DNA of 64,000 bases from an uncultured Candidatus Saccharibacteria bacterium. GTDB taxonomy: Bacteria; Patescibacteriota; Dojkabacteria; J137. A program made the position numbers and the translations under genes. This document shows positions 42,406-51,502 of this stretch, piece by piece (within the stretch, counting starts at the first letter, position 1; each line of letters begins with the position of its first letter). The stretch lies in NCBI GenBank assembly GCA_964607415.1, contig CAZSKK010000002.1, positions 9,991-73,990 on the forward strand. Reading direction: 5' to 3'. Under the pieces are notes generated by a model that was not told the DNA's origin, searched no databases, and saw nothing but the letters and a program-made list of their open reading frames with translations.

Positions 42406-43002
42406 TTATAATTTCTTTAAAGCTAATTTAATTAAATCAGAAGATGTTTCATATTCAACTTGGCTGCTGATTTGTTCCACAATCTTTTTAGTATCAATAT
42501 ATGAATATCCTAAAGCCACAAGACCGTTAATTGCATCTTCTATTATAGAACTGCTGACAAAATTTGGATTATCACCCTGCCCTAATGTGTTTTCAGAACC
42601 CAGAGTGCTTTCAAAGTCCTTAATTTTATCTTTAAGCATTATTATTATCTTTTCAGCTGTTTTATTACCAACTCCCGAAACTTTAATTTTTGTTATATCT
42701 GAAGTTATTATACCCAAAACTACTTGTTTCACGCCCTTTTCGCAAATAATTGACTGTGCTGTTCTTGGACCAACTCCCGAAACAGTTAGAAGTAGGTTAA
42801 AAATATCAAGTTCATTCTTGGTTTTAAAGCCCCAAAGCGATATATCGTTTTCCCTAAGTGCAGTGTGTATAAAAAGTTCCAATTCTTGGTTATCGTCAAT
42901 AGATAAATTCCCAACGTTAACTAACCAGCCTAAATTGCCCGCCAAAATTGTTACCTTACCATTCTCGTAATATTTGGGTGTACCTTTTATGTAACTTATC
43001 AT
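42406..43002 (-). CDS. ruvA: Holliday junction DNA-binding protein RuvA
   Basis: MISYIKG, LLTVSGVGPRTA, GVGNKTAEKI, LVALGY. Confidence 0.95.
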   Translation of the reverse strand: MISYIKGTPKYYENGKVTILAGNLGWLVNVGNLSIDDNQELELFIHTALRENDISLWGFKTKNELDIFNLLLTVSGVGPRTAQSIICEKGVKQVVLGIITSDITKIKVSGVGNKTAEKIIIMLKDKIKDFESTLGSENTLGQGDNPNFVSSSIIEDAINGLVALGYSYIDTKKIVEQISSQVEYETSSDLIKLALKKL

Positions 43003-43084
43003 AAAGTTTAATTAAATTTTCAAAAAAAGTTAATTATTGATTAGCTAATAGTTACAAATTAACCTAGCTATAGTAGTAACAAAA

Positions 43085-43591
43085 TTAACTCGCTTTAGAT
43101 GTTAGGTTAGGCTTTCTGTAACTACTTATATGACATGTGGCAATTGCAACTGCATCGGCTGCATCATCTGGCTTTGGAGCTTCTTTTAATCCAAAAACCA
43201 TTTGAATCATTTTTTGAACCTGTTTTTTTTCTGCTCTACCATATCCAGTTACAGATGTTTTTACCTGCAAGGGTGTATAGTTAAAAGTTTCTATATTTTT
43301 AATTTTACCAGCAAGCAAAATTACTCCTCTTGCTTGACTAACATTTATTACAGTTTTTTGATTTTTAAAGTAGAAAATACTTTCAACCGCCATATGATCT
43401 GGATTATATTGATCAATAATACTACAAAGGCTGTTAAAAAGTTGTAATAATCTTTCTTCGAAAGGAGCTTTACTATCCGTAAGTATAACGCCAAAATCAA
43501 TAAGCTTCATTCCGTTTTTTGAAAAATTATCTTTTTCTACAATAGACCACCCTGTTGTAGCAAAACCTGCATCAATTCCTAATACTTTCAT
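43085..43591 (-). CDS. ruvC: crossover junction endodeoxyribonuclease RuvC
   Basis: LGIDAG, AVESIF, QARGV, YTPLQVK, DDAADAVAIA. Confidence 0.96.
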   Translation of the reverse strand: MKVLGIDAGFATTGWSIVEKDNFSKNGMKLIDFGVILTDSKAPFEERLLQLFNSLCSIIDQYNPDHMAVESIFYFKNQKTVINVSQARGVILLAGKIKNIETFNYTPLQVKTSVTGYGRAEKKQVQKMIQMVFGLKEAPKPDDAADAVAIATCHISSYRKPNLTSKAS

Positions 43592-44340
43592 AATTCATTT
43601 AAATTAGTCCAAATATTAACAACATCGTTACAAGTATAAATCTTTTCCTCCAATTCTAATAGTGCCTTAATATCATTATCTGATAAATCGATTGAATTCT
43701 TAGCTAACTTAACTATTTTTATTGAATTTATGATTGTTTTTTGTCCAAAATCTTTTAGGATGTTATCGTGTACTTCCTTGAGTAGTTCCCTTTCTGTAGT
43801 AATTCTGACAGAGTTTTTTGATTCAACTTGAATATCTTTAACTCCTTGGTATTCCATTACCATTAAAATAAATTCATCTTCCAAAGATATTTCTGACGAG
43901 GGAATATCAACAATAATCTCACCCACTTCCTCAAACTGCCAGGAAAGTGAACCTTCAGCAACCATCTTAAATCCTGCTTTTGTTATAATAGTTCTAATTT
44001 CAGTAACAGTTCTGTTTGGATTATCTGTTTCACAATCAATTAGAATAGCAACTCCACCTGGTCCATATGCTTCGTAAGTCTTTTCAAATATAAATTCTGA
44101 TTCATCGCTAATACCTAGACCCTTTTTTATGGCTTTTTCTATCCTTTCATTTGTCATATTCTGAAGCTTAGCCTTCTCAATAGCAACCCTTAAAATTGGG
44201 TTGAAATTTATATCCCCACTCTTGCCTAGCCTTGTAGCATTAATTATGTCTTTAGAAAGACGTGTAAAGGCTGCACCACGCTTAGCGTCTGCCGCTCCCT
44301 TAGATCTTTTGATTGTAGCCCACTTGGAATGACCTGACAT
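43588..44340 (-). CDS. yebC: YebC/PmpR family protein
   Basis: MSGHSKWATIK, YEAYGPGG, TDNPNRT. Confidence 0.95.
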   Translation of the reverse strand: MSGHSKWATIKRSKGAADAKRGAAFTRLSKDIINATRLGKSGDINFNPILRVAIEKAKLQNMTNERIEKAIKKGLGISDESEFIFEKTYEAYGPGGVAILIDCETDNPNRTVTEIRTIITKAGFKMVAEGSLSWQFEEVGEIIVDIPSSEISLEDEFILMVMEYQGVKDIQVESKNSVRITTERELLKEVHDNILKDFGQKTIINSIKIVKLAKNSIDLSDNDIKALLELEEKIYTCNDVVNIWTNLNEL

Positions 44341-44495
44341 ATATAAGTTTTATTTACCTCACCGGAGAATTATACTGTTTATGCACTAGCCTTAGCTCCA
44401 TTCGAAATCGAACAGTAAATCAAGTATTCTTGAACATAAAACATTGTTTATGTCTCCAGGCGAGGCCAGTCTTAACTAAGAATTAACCAGGTAAA

Positions 44496-45863
44496 TCAAT
44501 TTGCTCCTATATCTTTTCCCAAGATTATAATTATATCTCCTGAATAATTCTCATTATAACCTTCTGTTGTAACTTCTACTTCAAAATCAAAAGATCTTTT
44601 AATCATATCTACTGTATTTCTTAAAGATTTTACGTCTGTTTTAGTAATAAATACCGTAGTTTTTTCTCTTTCCTGATTATAATTACCATATTTAACCACT
44701 TTTGAACCGCTATTTTCGTAAAGCCTTCTATAATAAAATGCAAGTCCACTTAAACCTGAACCATTGTAAATTTCAATTTTTGCTTGTTCTTTTAAAATTT
44801 CAACATCTCGAAAGAATCTGGATACTTTTTCATCAACTAAAACTTGATCTGAAAGATAACCATTATCTATACTTTTAGGATCTTTCAACGCTCCTTCTGT
44901 TGAAATGAATTCAGATTCAACCGGGTAGTCCGCAGAAACCATTATCCTACTTATGTAGAAGATCTCTTCTCTATTCAAATTTGTATAAAATATTTTAACT
45001 AATTCTGATGATTTCCAAAAAAGCTTATACATATTAAAGTAATTCGAATTTCGTTCGATATTATTGTTCAAAAAAGTTAAAAATCTTTCAAAAACCTTCG
45101 TGTCAGCTTTAACAAGATCATCTTCATTAAATAGATAATTATTTAATTCTGGCCCTTTGATTGTATTCCCTAAAGAAAAACTCTTTTTAATACCAATAAA
45201 AGAATCTTCAATAACTTTTGATTGCAAATTATGCTTATCAATAAAAGCTTTCATATCTGAATACTTAAATGCGACGTATCTATCTATTCTCAACCCCAAG
45301 AAACTATTCAATGAACTAAGCAATTTCTGAAGTTTTTCCTCATTTGTAACCTGCAAGTTATTAAACATTGTTTTGAAGGTAAATGTATTTGTAAAGCCTT
45401 CTATTCTGTAACTGAAATTTGGATCAATAAGCAAGTGTTTAACTCTGCCTGTCTTTGTATCTAGAGACTGAAGAACAATGTTATATAAAAACATATAGTC
45501 ACCCTTATCTTCAAATCCAAGATATACTATATTTATTTGGTTTCCGTTAATATTATTTTGAGTACTAATAACTGAATTATTAAACTCCACGGGTCTGATA
45601 CTAAAGTACTGTATTACATTAAGCAATAAAGTCCCTATCAAAATAACAACTACTGAAATTAGAATGTAAGTTTGAAACTTTTGAAAAACTTTGAAGTTAA
45701 ACTTAGTCAATTTAGTTTTCTTTAAAGAATTACCGTTAGTTCTATCAGATCTTCTTGATGATTTAAGTGACCTATTTAGCTTGATAAATACCTGACCCAC
45801 TAAAGTACTTTGTAAGTACTTAAAATGATTTTTTTTCTGTTTAAATTTAGTGCTAGTAATCAT
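44496..45863 (-). CDS. LCP (LytR-CpsA-Psr)-like protein with LytR_C domain, divergent
   Basis: TM, INIVYLG, LGLRIDRYV, C-terminal IEIYNGSGLSGLA...DIIIILGKD. Confidence 0.7.
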   Translation of the reverse strand: MITSTKFKQKKNHFKYLQSTLVGQVFIKLNRSLKSSRRSDRTNGNSLKKTKLTKFNFKVFQKFQTYILISVVVILIGTLLLNVIQYFSIRPVEFNNSVISTQNNINGNQINIVYLGFEDKGDYMFLYNIVLQSLDTKTGRVKHLLIDPNFSYRIEGFTNTFTFKTMFNNLQVTNEEKLQKLLSSLNSFLGLRIDRYVAFKYSDMKAFIDKHNLQSKVIEDSFIGIKKSFSLGNTIKGPELNNYLFNEDDLVKADTKVFERFLTFLNNNIERNSNYFNMYKLFWKSSELVKIFYTNLNREEIFYISRIMVSADYPVESEFISTEGALKDPKSIDNGYLSDQVLVDEKVSRFFRDVEILKEQAKIEIYNGSGLSGLAFYYRRLYENSGSKVVKYGNYNQEREKTTVFITKTDVKSLRNTVDMIKRSFDFEVEVTTEGYNENYSGDIIIILGKDIGAN

Positions 45864-45868
45864 TGTAT

Positions 45869-46627
45869 TTAGCTTCTTAATCGTTTACTACTAACTGTTT
45901 TATAGAAATTAAATGTAAGAAAAGTTAATAATAGTATTATACCGCTTAAAAACGCTATAAAGTTGGTAGAGATTTCTGATATATCGAAAGATATCAAGAT
46001 AATTATAAAACCCAAGAAGGAAGCCCAGTTTATATTTACCCAAATTTGTAAATTCTTCCTTAGTGCTACCTTTAGTATTACTTGCCAAAGAAAATATAAC
46101 AAAGATAATACAATTAAAGTTCTTTGCTGCTCTGAAAGTAAAGATAACTGAATATCTGTTTTTTCATAATCGTTTATTGTTGAGTAAAAAGAAAAAAAGA
46201 GAAAAAAAACAGCAGCAAACACATTTAAATTAGCTATAAATGGTGCTTCATCCCTTAACTTAACTTTTGTATGGGCCTTTTTAATTACTATCTGCGCAAT
46301 TAATGGTACAAGCAGAATGCAAAAAAAATATAAATTCCCATCCCAAAATTTTATTAATGACCAGGGCAGCTCGGAAGAAAGTTTGGCTTCTCCTTGTGCA
46401 TTTTGTATGAACGGAAAAATAGAAAAACCTTGATCTATATAAAACGAAGCTTCTTTTAAAACCCCTAGCACTCTCGATAGTATAGGAAAAGTAATTATTG
46501 ATGTAAACAAAAAGTCAAATGCTATAAAATTGAATTTGACTACCGAAGCTACATATATCCAAACAAAATAGATAGATATACAAATTAAAACAATAATTAT
46601 ATTGGTAATTATAGAAGACTGGATCAT
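45869..46627 (-). CDS. polytopic membrane protein, possibly Lgt-like
   Basis: About 7 TM; SRV.....KFWDGNLYF weakly resembles Lgt aR...iW.GGl. Confidence 0.45.
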   Translation of the reverse strand: MIQSSIITNIIIVLICISIYFVWIYVASVVKFNFIAFDFLFTSIITFPILSRVLGVLKEASFYIDQGFSIFPFIQNAQGEAKLSSELPWSLIKFWDGNLYFFCILLVPLIAQIVIKKAHTKVKLRDEAPFIANLNVFAAVFFLFFSFYSTINDYEKTDIQLSLLSEQQRTLIVLSLLYFLWQVILKVALRKNLQIWVNINWASFLGFIIILISFDISEISTNFIAFLSGIILLLTFLTFNFYKTVSSKRLRS

Positions 46628-46632
46628 AAGTT

Positions 46633-47280
46633 TTACTTCTTAGTTTTCTTTTCTTGTTCTTGGGCAGAATCTTCTGGCTTTACCAACTTTTGCTCGTGTT
46701 CTGAAAGTGTTGAAGAGTAATTTTTAACACTCGAAATTAAACTTTTAGCACCACTACCAAATTTAGATTTAATAACACTTACCTTTTCTTTAACTTTCTC
46801 ATTTGATCCACCTATTTTTTTAATTTCAGATGATTGAGTAAGGTTTGCCCTATCCACTACAACCAAGTTAGGATTTTTTTCATCTACCTCTACATTGATC
46901 TTAAGATTTGGATTATTTAAAGCAATTTTTGAAATATTTAAACCAAAGCTTAATTCTATACTTCCAGACTCACCCACAAAATTGACAAGTGGTACGTTAA
47001 TTCCACCATTTGGTGAATATGATTCTGGTCCATATACAAACATATCTTCATCATCTTCAGGTCTAATAATCAAATAGAAAATCAATGCCGGAAAATTTAA
47101 AATTAGAACAGCTATAAATAACAAAATTGGAGTTAGTGAATTTTCATATCTTTTTTTAGCATCAAAAAATACCCAAATGCAAAATAGTAACCACAATGAT
47201 ACTAAATATACAGCAGCATAGGCTAAAATACTTTTATAATCAATATTAACTTGAAGAATATCTAAAATGAAATCAAACAT
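46633..47280 (-). CDS. hypothetical membrane protein
   Basis: WVFFDAKKR...LIFYLIIRP two-TM hairpin followed by a soluble tail. Confidence 0.6.
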   Translation of the reverse strand: MFDFILDILQVNIDYKSILAYAAVYLVSLWLLFCIWVFFDAKKRYENSLTPILLFIAVLILNFPALIFYLIIRPEDDEDMFVYGPESYSPNGGINVPLVNFVGESGSIELSFGLNISKIALNNPNLKINVEVDEKNPNLVVVDRANLTQSSEIKKIGGSNEKVKEKVSVIKSKFGSGAKSLISSVKNYSSTLSEHEQKLVKPEDSAQEQEKKTKK

Positions 47281-47433
47281 AGTGGGTAGAATTAATAACT
47301 AACTAGACTAGAATTAACTATAGCAGATTAAAGGAAAGAAGAGAATATGAAAAGCAAAAAAAGAGAAAGAGACAGTTTAAGCTTAGGTATATGTTCAAGT
47401 AATAAGCGCTGATGACTTAAACTTGAACTAGTT

Positions 47434-47518
47434 TATCGGAGGAGGGAGTTGAACCCTCACGAGGTTTGATCCTCACCAGATTTTGAGTCTGACGTGTCTG
47501 CCATTCCACCACTCCGAC
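47434..47518 (-). tRNA. tRNA-Leu(CAA), CCA not encoded
   Basis: GTCGGAG/CTCCGAT acceptor, TCAGA-ctCAAaa-TCTGG anticodon arm, long variable arm, GGTTCAACTCC. Confidence 0.92.
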
Positions 47519-47550
47519 TAAATAATTGTGTTAAATTTTTAAAAAGTTTA

Positions 47551-47657
47551 TGTCTGCTCCCGCTTCGTTAAAACTTCACGGAACTAAGATCTTCTTAAAT
47601 TCGACTTCACTTACGCTTGTCTCGTTTAGAATCTCTTGAGCATTCCACCACTCCGAC
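47551..47657 (-). pseudogene. tRNA-Leu 5' fragment interrupted by an 83-nt insertion
   Basis: 17-nt exact match to the tRNA 5' end, then insertion 47558-47640, then the next 7 nt of the tRNA. Confidence 0.75.
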
Positions 47658-47666
47658 ATTTCTTTT

Positions 47667-48995
47667 TTATTTTTCATCGTAGAACTTCTGAAATTCACCA
47701 ACGAATTTTAACACAAGTTTTCCCGTTGGGCCGTTTCTGTGTTTTGCAACAGAAATATCAACCAATTTACTTTTTTGATTTAACACGTCTTCTTCCTGAG
47801 ACATATCGCGACTTAAAAAAATCACCAAGTCTGCGTCTTGCTCGATAGATCCCGATTCTCTAAGATCTGAAAGCTGTGGGATCCTATCCTGCCTGTTCTC
47901 TACTGCTCTATTTAACTGCGACAAGGCAATAATTGGAACATTTAACTCCCTAGCTAAAATCTTTAACGATCTGGATATTTCCCCTACTTCTTGTGCTCTA
48001 CTATCTGCATACTTAGGGTTACCTTGCATTAACTGAAGATAGTCAATTAAAATTAAATCAATTTTTTTATCCATCATCAGTTTTCTAGCCTTACTTCTCA
48101 ATTGCATAATGCTAATACCAGGAGTTTCATCTACAAAAATATTACTGTCAGCAAGCTTTGCCTGTCCTAGGTTAAATCTTTTGTATTCGTCATTATTCAT
48201 CCCACCCATTCTTAGTTTCCACAAACTTATTTCTGTTTGTTGAGCAAGCAGCCTTTCAATAACCTGAATAGCAGGCATTTCTAAAGAAAAAATTACAATA
48301 TTCTTTTTTTCTACAACTGAAATATGTCTTACAATATCAAATCCAAAAGCTGATTTTCCAACGCTAGGACGTGCAGCAATAATTATAAGATCAGATCTAT
48401 GTAACCCACCCAGAAGATTATCAAAGCTCGAAATCCCTGTTGGAAAACCCCTTAATGCATTTGGGTTTTTAGCAAACTCATCAGCTTTTTTCATTTGCAT
48501 TTCAAGAAGAGTTTCAGCATCAAAAAAATCTTTTGCAATAGTTTTTTGAGAAACTAATAACAAGTCTTTTTCCATATCATCAATAACTTGATCGAGTTCA
48601 AGTTCTTCATTCCTAGCACTTTCATCTAGTTTTGCACCAAACGAAATCAAATTTCTTCTAACAGCAGCCTCTTTAACAAGATTTGCATACTCTTCAATGT
48701 TTGCAGAAGTTGGAACCGAATTGATTAGATCAGATATGTAACTATTGCCTCCAGCTTCTTTATGTTTATTACTTTTTTTTAGCTCAGCAGATAACGTTAA
48801 AACATCTAACGCTTTGCTGGAAGAAAAAAGCTTATACAAGTGTTCAAATATTATTTCGTTTCTAGGATCATAAAAATATTTAGGTTCTAATAAATCCGCA
48901 ACTTTATTAAAAGCTTCATCATCTATCAGAACTGACCCTAAAACCGCCCTTTCTGCTTCAATATTTTGTGGAGGAACTCGTAAATTATTATTCAT
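47667..48995 (-). CDS. dnaB: replicative DNA helicase
   Basis: PPQNIEAERAVLG, AARPSVGKS, IDYLQLM, SQLNR, DLRESGSIEQDAD, KHRNGPTG. Confidence 0.98.
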   Translation of the reverse strand: MNNNLRVPPQNIEAERAVLGSVLIDDEAFNKVADLLEPKYFYDPRNEIIFEHLYKLFSSSKALDVLTLSAELKKSNKHKEAGGNSYISDLINSVPTSANIEEYANLVKEAAVRRNLISFGAKLDESARNEELELDQVIDDMEKDLLLVSQKTIAKDFFDAETLLEMQMKKADEFAKNPNALRGFPTGISSFDNLLGGLHRSDLIIIAARPSVGKSAFGFDIVRHISVVEKKNIVIFSLEMPAIQVIERLLAQQTEISLWKLRMGGMNNDEYKRFNLGQAKLADSNIFVDETPGISIMQLRSKARKLMMDKKIDLILIDYLQLMQGNPKYADSRAQEVGEISRSLKILARELNVPIIALSQLNRAVENRQDRIPQLSDLRESGSIEQDADLVIFLSRDMSQEEDVLNQKSKLVDISVAKHRNGPTGKLVLKFVGEFQKFYDEK

Positions 48996-48996
48996 T

Positions 48997-49524
48997 TTAG
49001 TTCAGAATATGATAAGTTGTTGCGTGATCTTCTAAAGTTTCAAAGTCTGAATCGTCAAATTTAAACTTGGTATCTTCTATTATATTCTGGCTGCCTAATT
49101 CTTTTTTGGATAATTCTATCCAGCTGGAATCACCAGTTAAAATTACTTTAACTGGATCAAAAATTTCTATGTAACGTTTTAGATACTTTTCGCTCACATT
49201 AGAAAGTATCAAAACATACGAATTAGATAAATTCTCTGCCTGTTTTTTCTCAACCTCAACATCCGAAAACATACACACAACTCCTACCGATCCAGATTCT
49301 ACATAACTCAGATCTATTTTTGATTCCATCTGGTCTTTTTTTGATTCTAGAACAAGAATATCTAAAGTTCCAAATTCATATTCGCCCGGTTTTTCAATTA
49401 CACTTTCTCCTCGTTCTGAATTTACAACGAATTTAATTTCTTTTACATTTGAAAAATCAAGAATTGCTTTTGATTTAGGAACTTCAAAGCTCAATTGAGT
49501 CTTACTTGCTTTTTTAATTGTCAT
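48997..49524 (-). CDS. degenerate MBL-fold-like protein
   Basis: IEKPGEYE motif typical of small MBL-fold proteins; no HxHxDH. Confidence 0.5.
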   Translation of the reverse strand: MTIKKASKTQLSFEVPKSKAILDFSNVKEIKFVVNSERGESVIEKPGEYEFGTLDILVLESKKDQMESKIDLSYVESGSVGVVCMFSDVEVEKKQAENLSNSYVLILSNVSEKYLKRYIEIFDPVKVILTGDSSWIELSKKELGSQNIIEDTKFKFDDSDFETLEDHATTYHILN

Positions 49525-49702
49525 AAAAGTTAGTTAAAGGTTAAATGTTAATAGTTAATGGTTGAATGTTAAAGCTGTTTGAACTGCCTTGTATAAAAAT
49601 TAATTAACACTTCACTATCTAAAGGATTTACAAAAAGAGATCAGATGTTAGTGACTATTAGCCTATGATTGAGCTTTGTGTGAAATTCGTAAATGCGTCA
49701 CT

Positions 49703-49780
49703 TATGTCATCCTGAGCTTATCGAATCTATACCTCAGCCAAGTATTTTTGTCTACCCTTCGACAAGCTCAGGATGACATA
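49703..49780. repeat. REP-like palindromic element
   Basis: TATGTCATCCTGAGCTTaTCGAA ... TTCGAcAAGCTCAGGATGACATA inverted repeat (22/23). Confidence 0.8.
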
Positions 49781-50085
49781 ATTACAATGTTAAATAAAGT
49801 TCATTATACTTATCTGGCTTAAAGTCTCTGGCTTTTACTCACGAATCTTAATCAGAAATCTGAACTCTATCATCTGTTCTCTGACTTCTAATCTTCCCAG
49901 TAATTATAATATCTTTTGAAAATTTAACAAATGTTTTTTAACATAATCTGATACCTCTAGCTAGAACTTTTGTTCAGACTTGATTTTTAATTCACGAATC
50001 GTGAATTTATATTCAGAGAATTGTTCTTTACATATGTTAATTTTATCGATATAATTCTAATGCTTTAAAAGTAATACACAGTCTT

Positions 50086-50403
50086 ATGAAAAAAGGAATT
50101 CATCCAGAATGGCATAAAAATGCAAAGATAATCTTTAACGGGAAACAGGTTATGACAGCAGGTTCAACAAAACCTGAGCTTAATCTTGAAATCTGGTCTG
50201 GAAATCATCCTTTCTATACAGGACAACAAATCTTAGTAGACACCGACAACCTTGTTGAAAAATTCAATAAGAAAAGAGAAGCTGCTCAAAATCTTTCTTC
50301 AAAAGTAGTCAGTAAAAAAGAAAAAAGAGCTAAAAGACGAACTACTGCATCTATCGCTAATAAGCCTGTCACACTAAAAGACATGCTTAAAGATTTACAG
50401 TAG
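50086..50403 (+). CDS. rpmE: 50S ribosomal protein L31 (Cys-free)
   Basis: MKKGIHP, EIWSGNHPFYTG, VEKFNKK. Confidence 0.93.
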   Translation: MKKGIHPEWHKNAKIIFNGKQVMTAGSTKPELNLEIWSGNHPFYTGQQILVDTDNLVEKFNKKREAAQNLSSKVVSKKEKRAKRRTTASIANKPVTLKDMLKDLQ

Positions 50404-50419
50404 ATATACTACCCTCAAT

Positions 50420-51502
50420 ATGGATTCATCAACCCAAAAGACTTTAGAAAGTCTTAACATATTTGTAGATCTTAATAAATTAGATTCTGATTTTGAAGAT
50501 CTATCAAAAAAGCTTTCATTAGTTAATCCTAAAGATTCAGGAAAGCAGGAAAATATTGAACTTCTTAAAAAGTTTAATAAAACACAAAGAATTAAGGATT
50601 TAATATCTGAATTTAAGAAGTTAGAAAAACAAAAATTAGAAAACATTGAGTTAACTAGTGATCCAGATTTTAAAGATCTTGCAACTGAAGAAACCCAGAA
50701 AATTGAAGAGAAAATTGTGGAAATAACCAAAGAACTTGCCAAGCTTTGTAAAGTACCTCTAGCCAATGATGAGGAGAAAGCCATTATTGAAATACGACCA
50801 GGTGTGGGGGGAGTTGAAGCATCATTGTTTGCGGAAGATTTGTTCAAAATGTACACGCGATATTTTTCAAATAATGGAATGAAGGTTGAAGTATTTTCAA
50901 TAGACTATAACTCTGAAGGTGGCATTAACGAGGCGATTTTTTTGGTTGATGAACTTGATTCATTTGGATTATTAAGATTTGAAAGTGGAGTACATAGAGT
51001 TCAAAGAGTTCCCAAAACAGAATCATCTGGAAGAATTCATACATCTTCTGCATCAGTAGTTGTTATGCCAAAGTTTTCAAAGAGCACTGTAAATGTTAAA
51101 TCAGAAGAATTAAGAATTGACGTATTCAGAGCTGGAGGTCCTGGTGGACAATCTGTAAATACTACAGATTCAGCTGTTAGAATTACCCACTTACCTACAG
51201 GGATAACCGTATCATGTCAAAATGGGAAATCGCAACATAAAAATAAAGAAATGGCGATGAGTATCTTATTGAATAAATTACAACAAATTGAAGACGAAAA
51301 GAAAGCTACCTCTATTCAAAATTTAAGAGAATCATCTATTCAGTCAGGAGACAGATCTGTAAAAATTAGGACATACAACTTTCAACAAAGTAGAGTTACT
51401 GATCACAGAATTAATCAAAGTTGGTTTAATCTGGAAGAGATTTTAAATGGTGAAATTGAAGAAGTTCTTACAGAAACGAACAAAACTCTAAGACAATTAT
51501 AA
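50420..51502 (+). CDS. prfA: peptide chain release factor 1
   Basis: GVHRVQRVPKT (PxT), GGPGGQSVNTTDSAVRITH, IRTYNF. Confidence 0.95.
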   Translation: MDSSTQKTLESLNIFVDLNKLDSDFEDLSKKLSLVNPKDSGKQENIELLKKFNKTQRIKDLISEFKKLEKQKLENIELTSDPDFKDLATEETQKIEEKIVEITKELAKLCKVPLANDEEKAIIEIRPGVGGVEASLFAEDLFKMYTRYFSNNGMKVEVFSIDYNSEGGINEAIFLVDELDSFGLLRFESGVHRVQRVPKTESSGRIHTSSASVVVMPKFSKSTVNVKSEELRIDVFRAGGPGGQSVNTTDSAVRITHLPTGITVSCQNGKSQHKNKEMAMSILLNKLQQIEDEKKATSIQNLRESSIQSGDRSVKIRTYNFQQSRVTDHRINQSWFNLEEILNGEIEEVLTETNKTLRQL

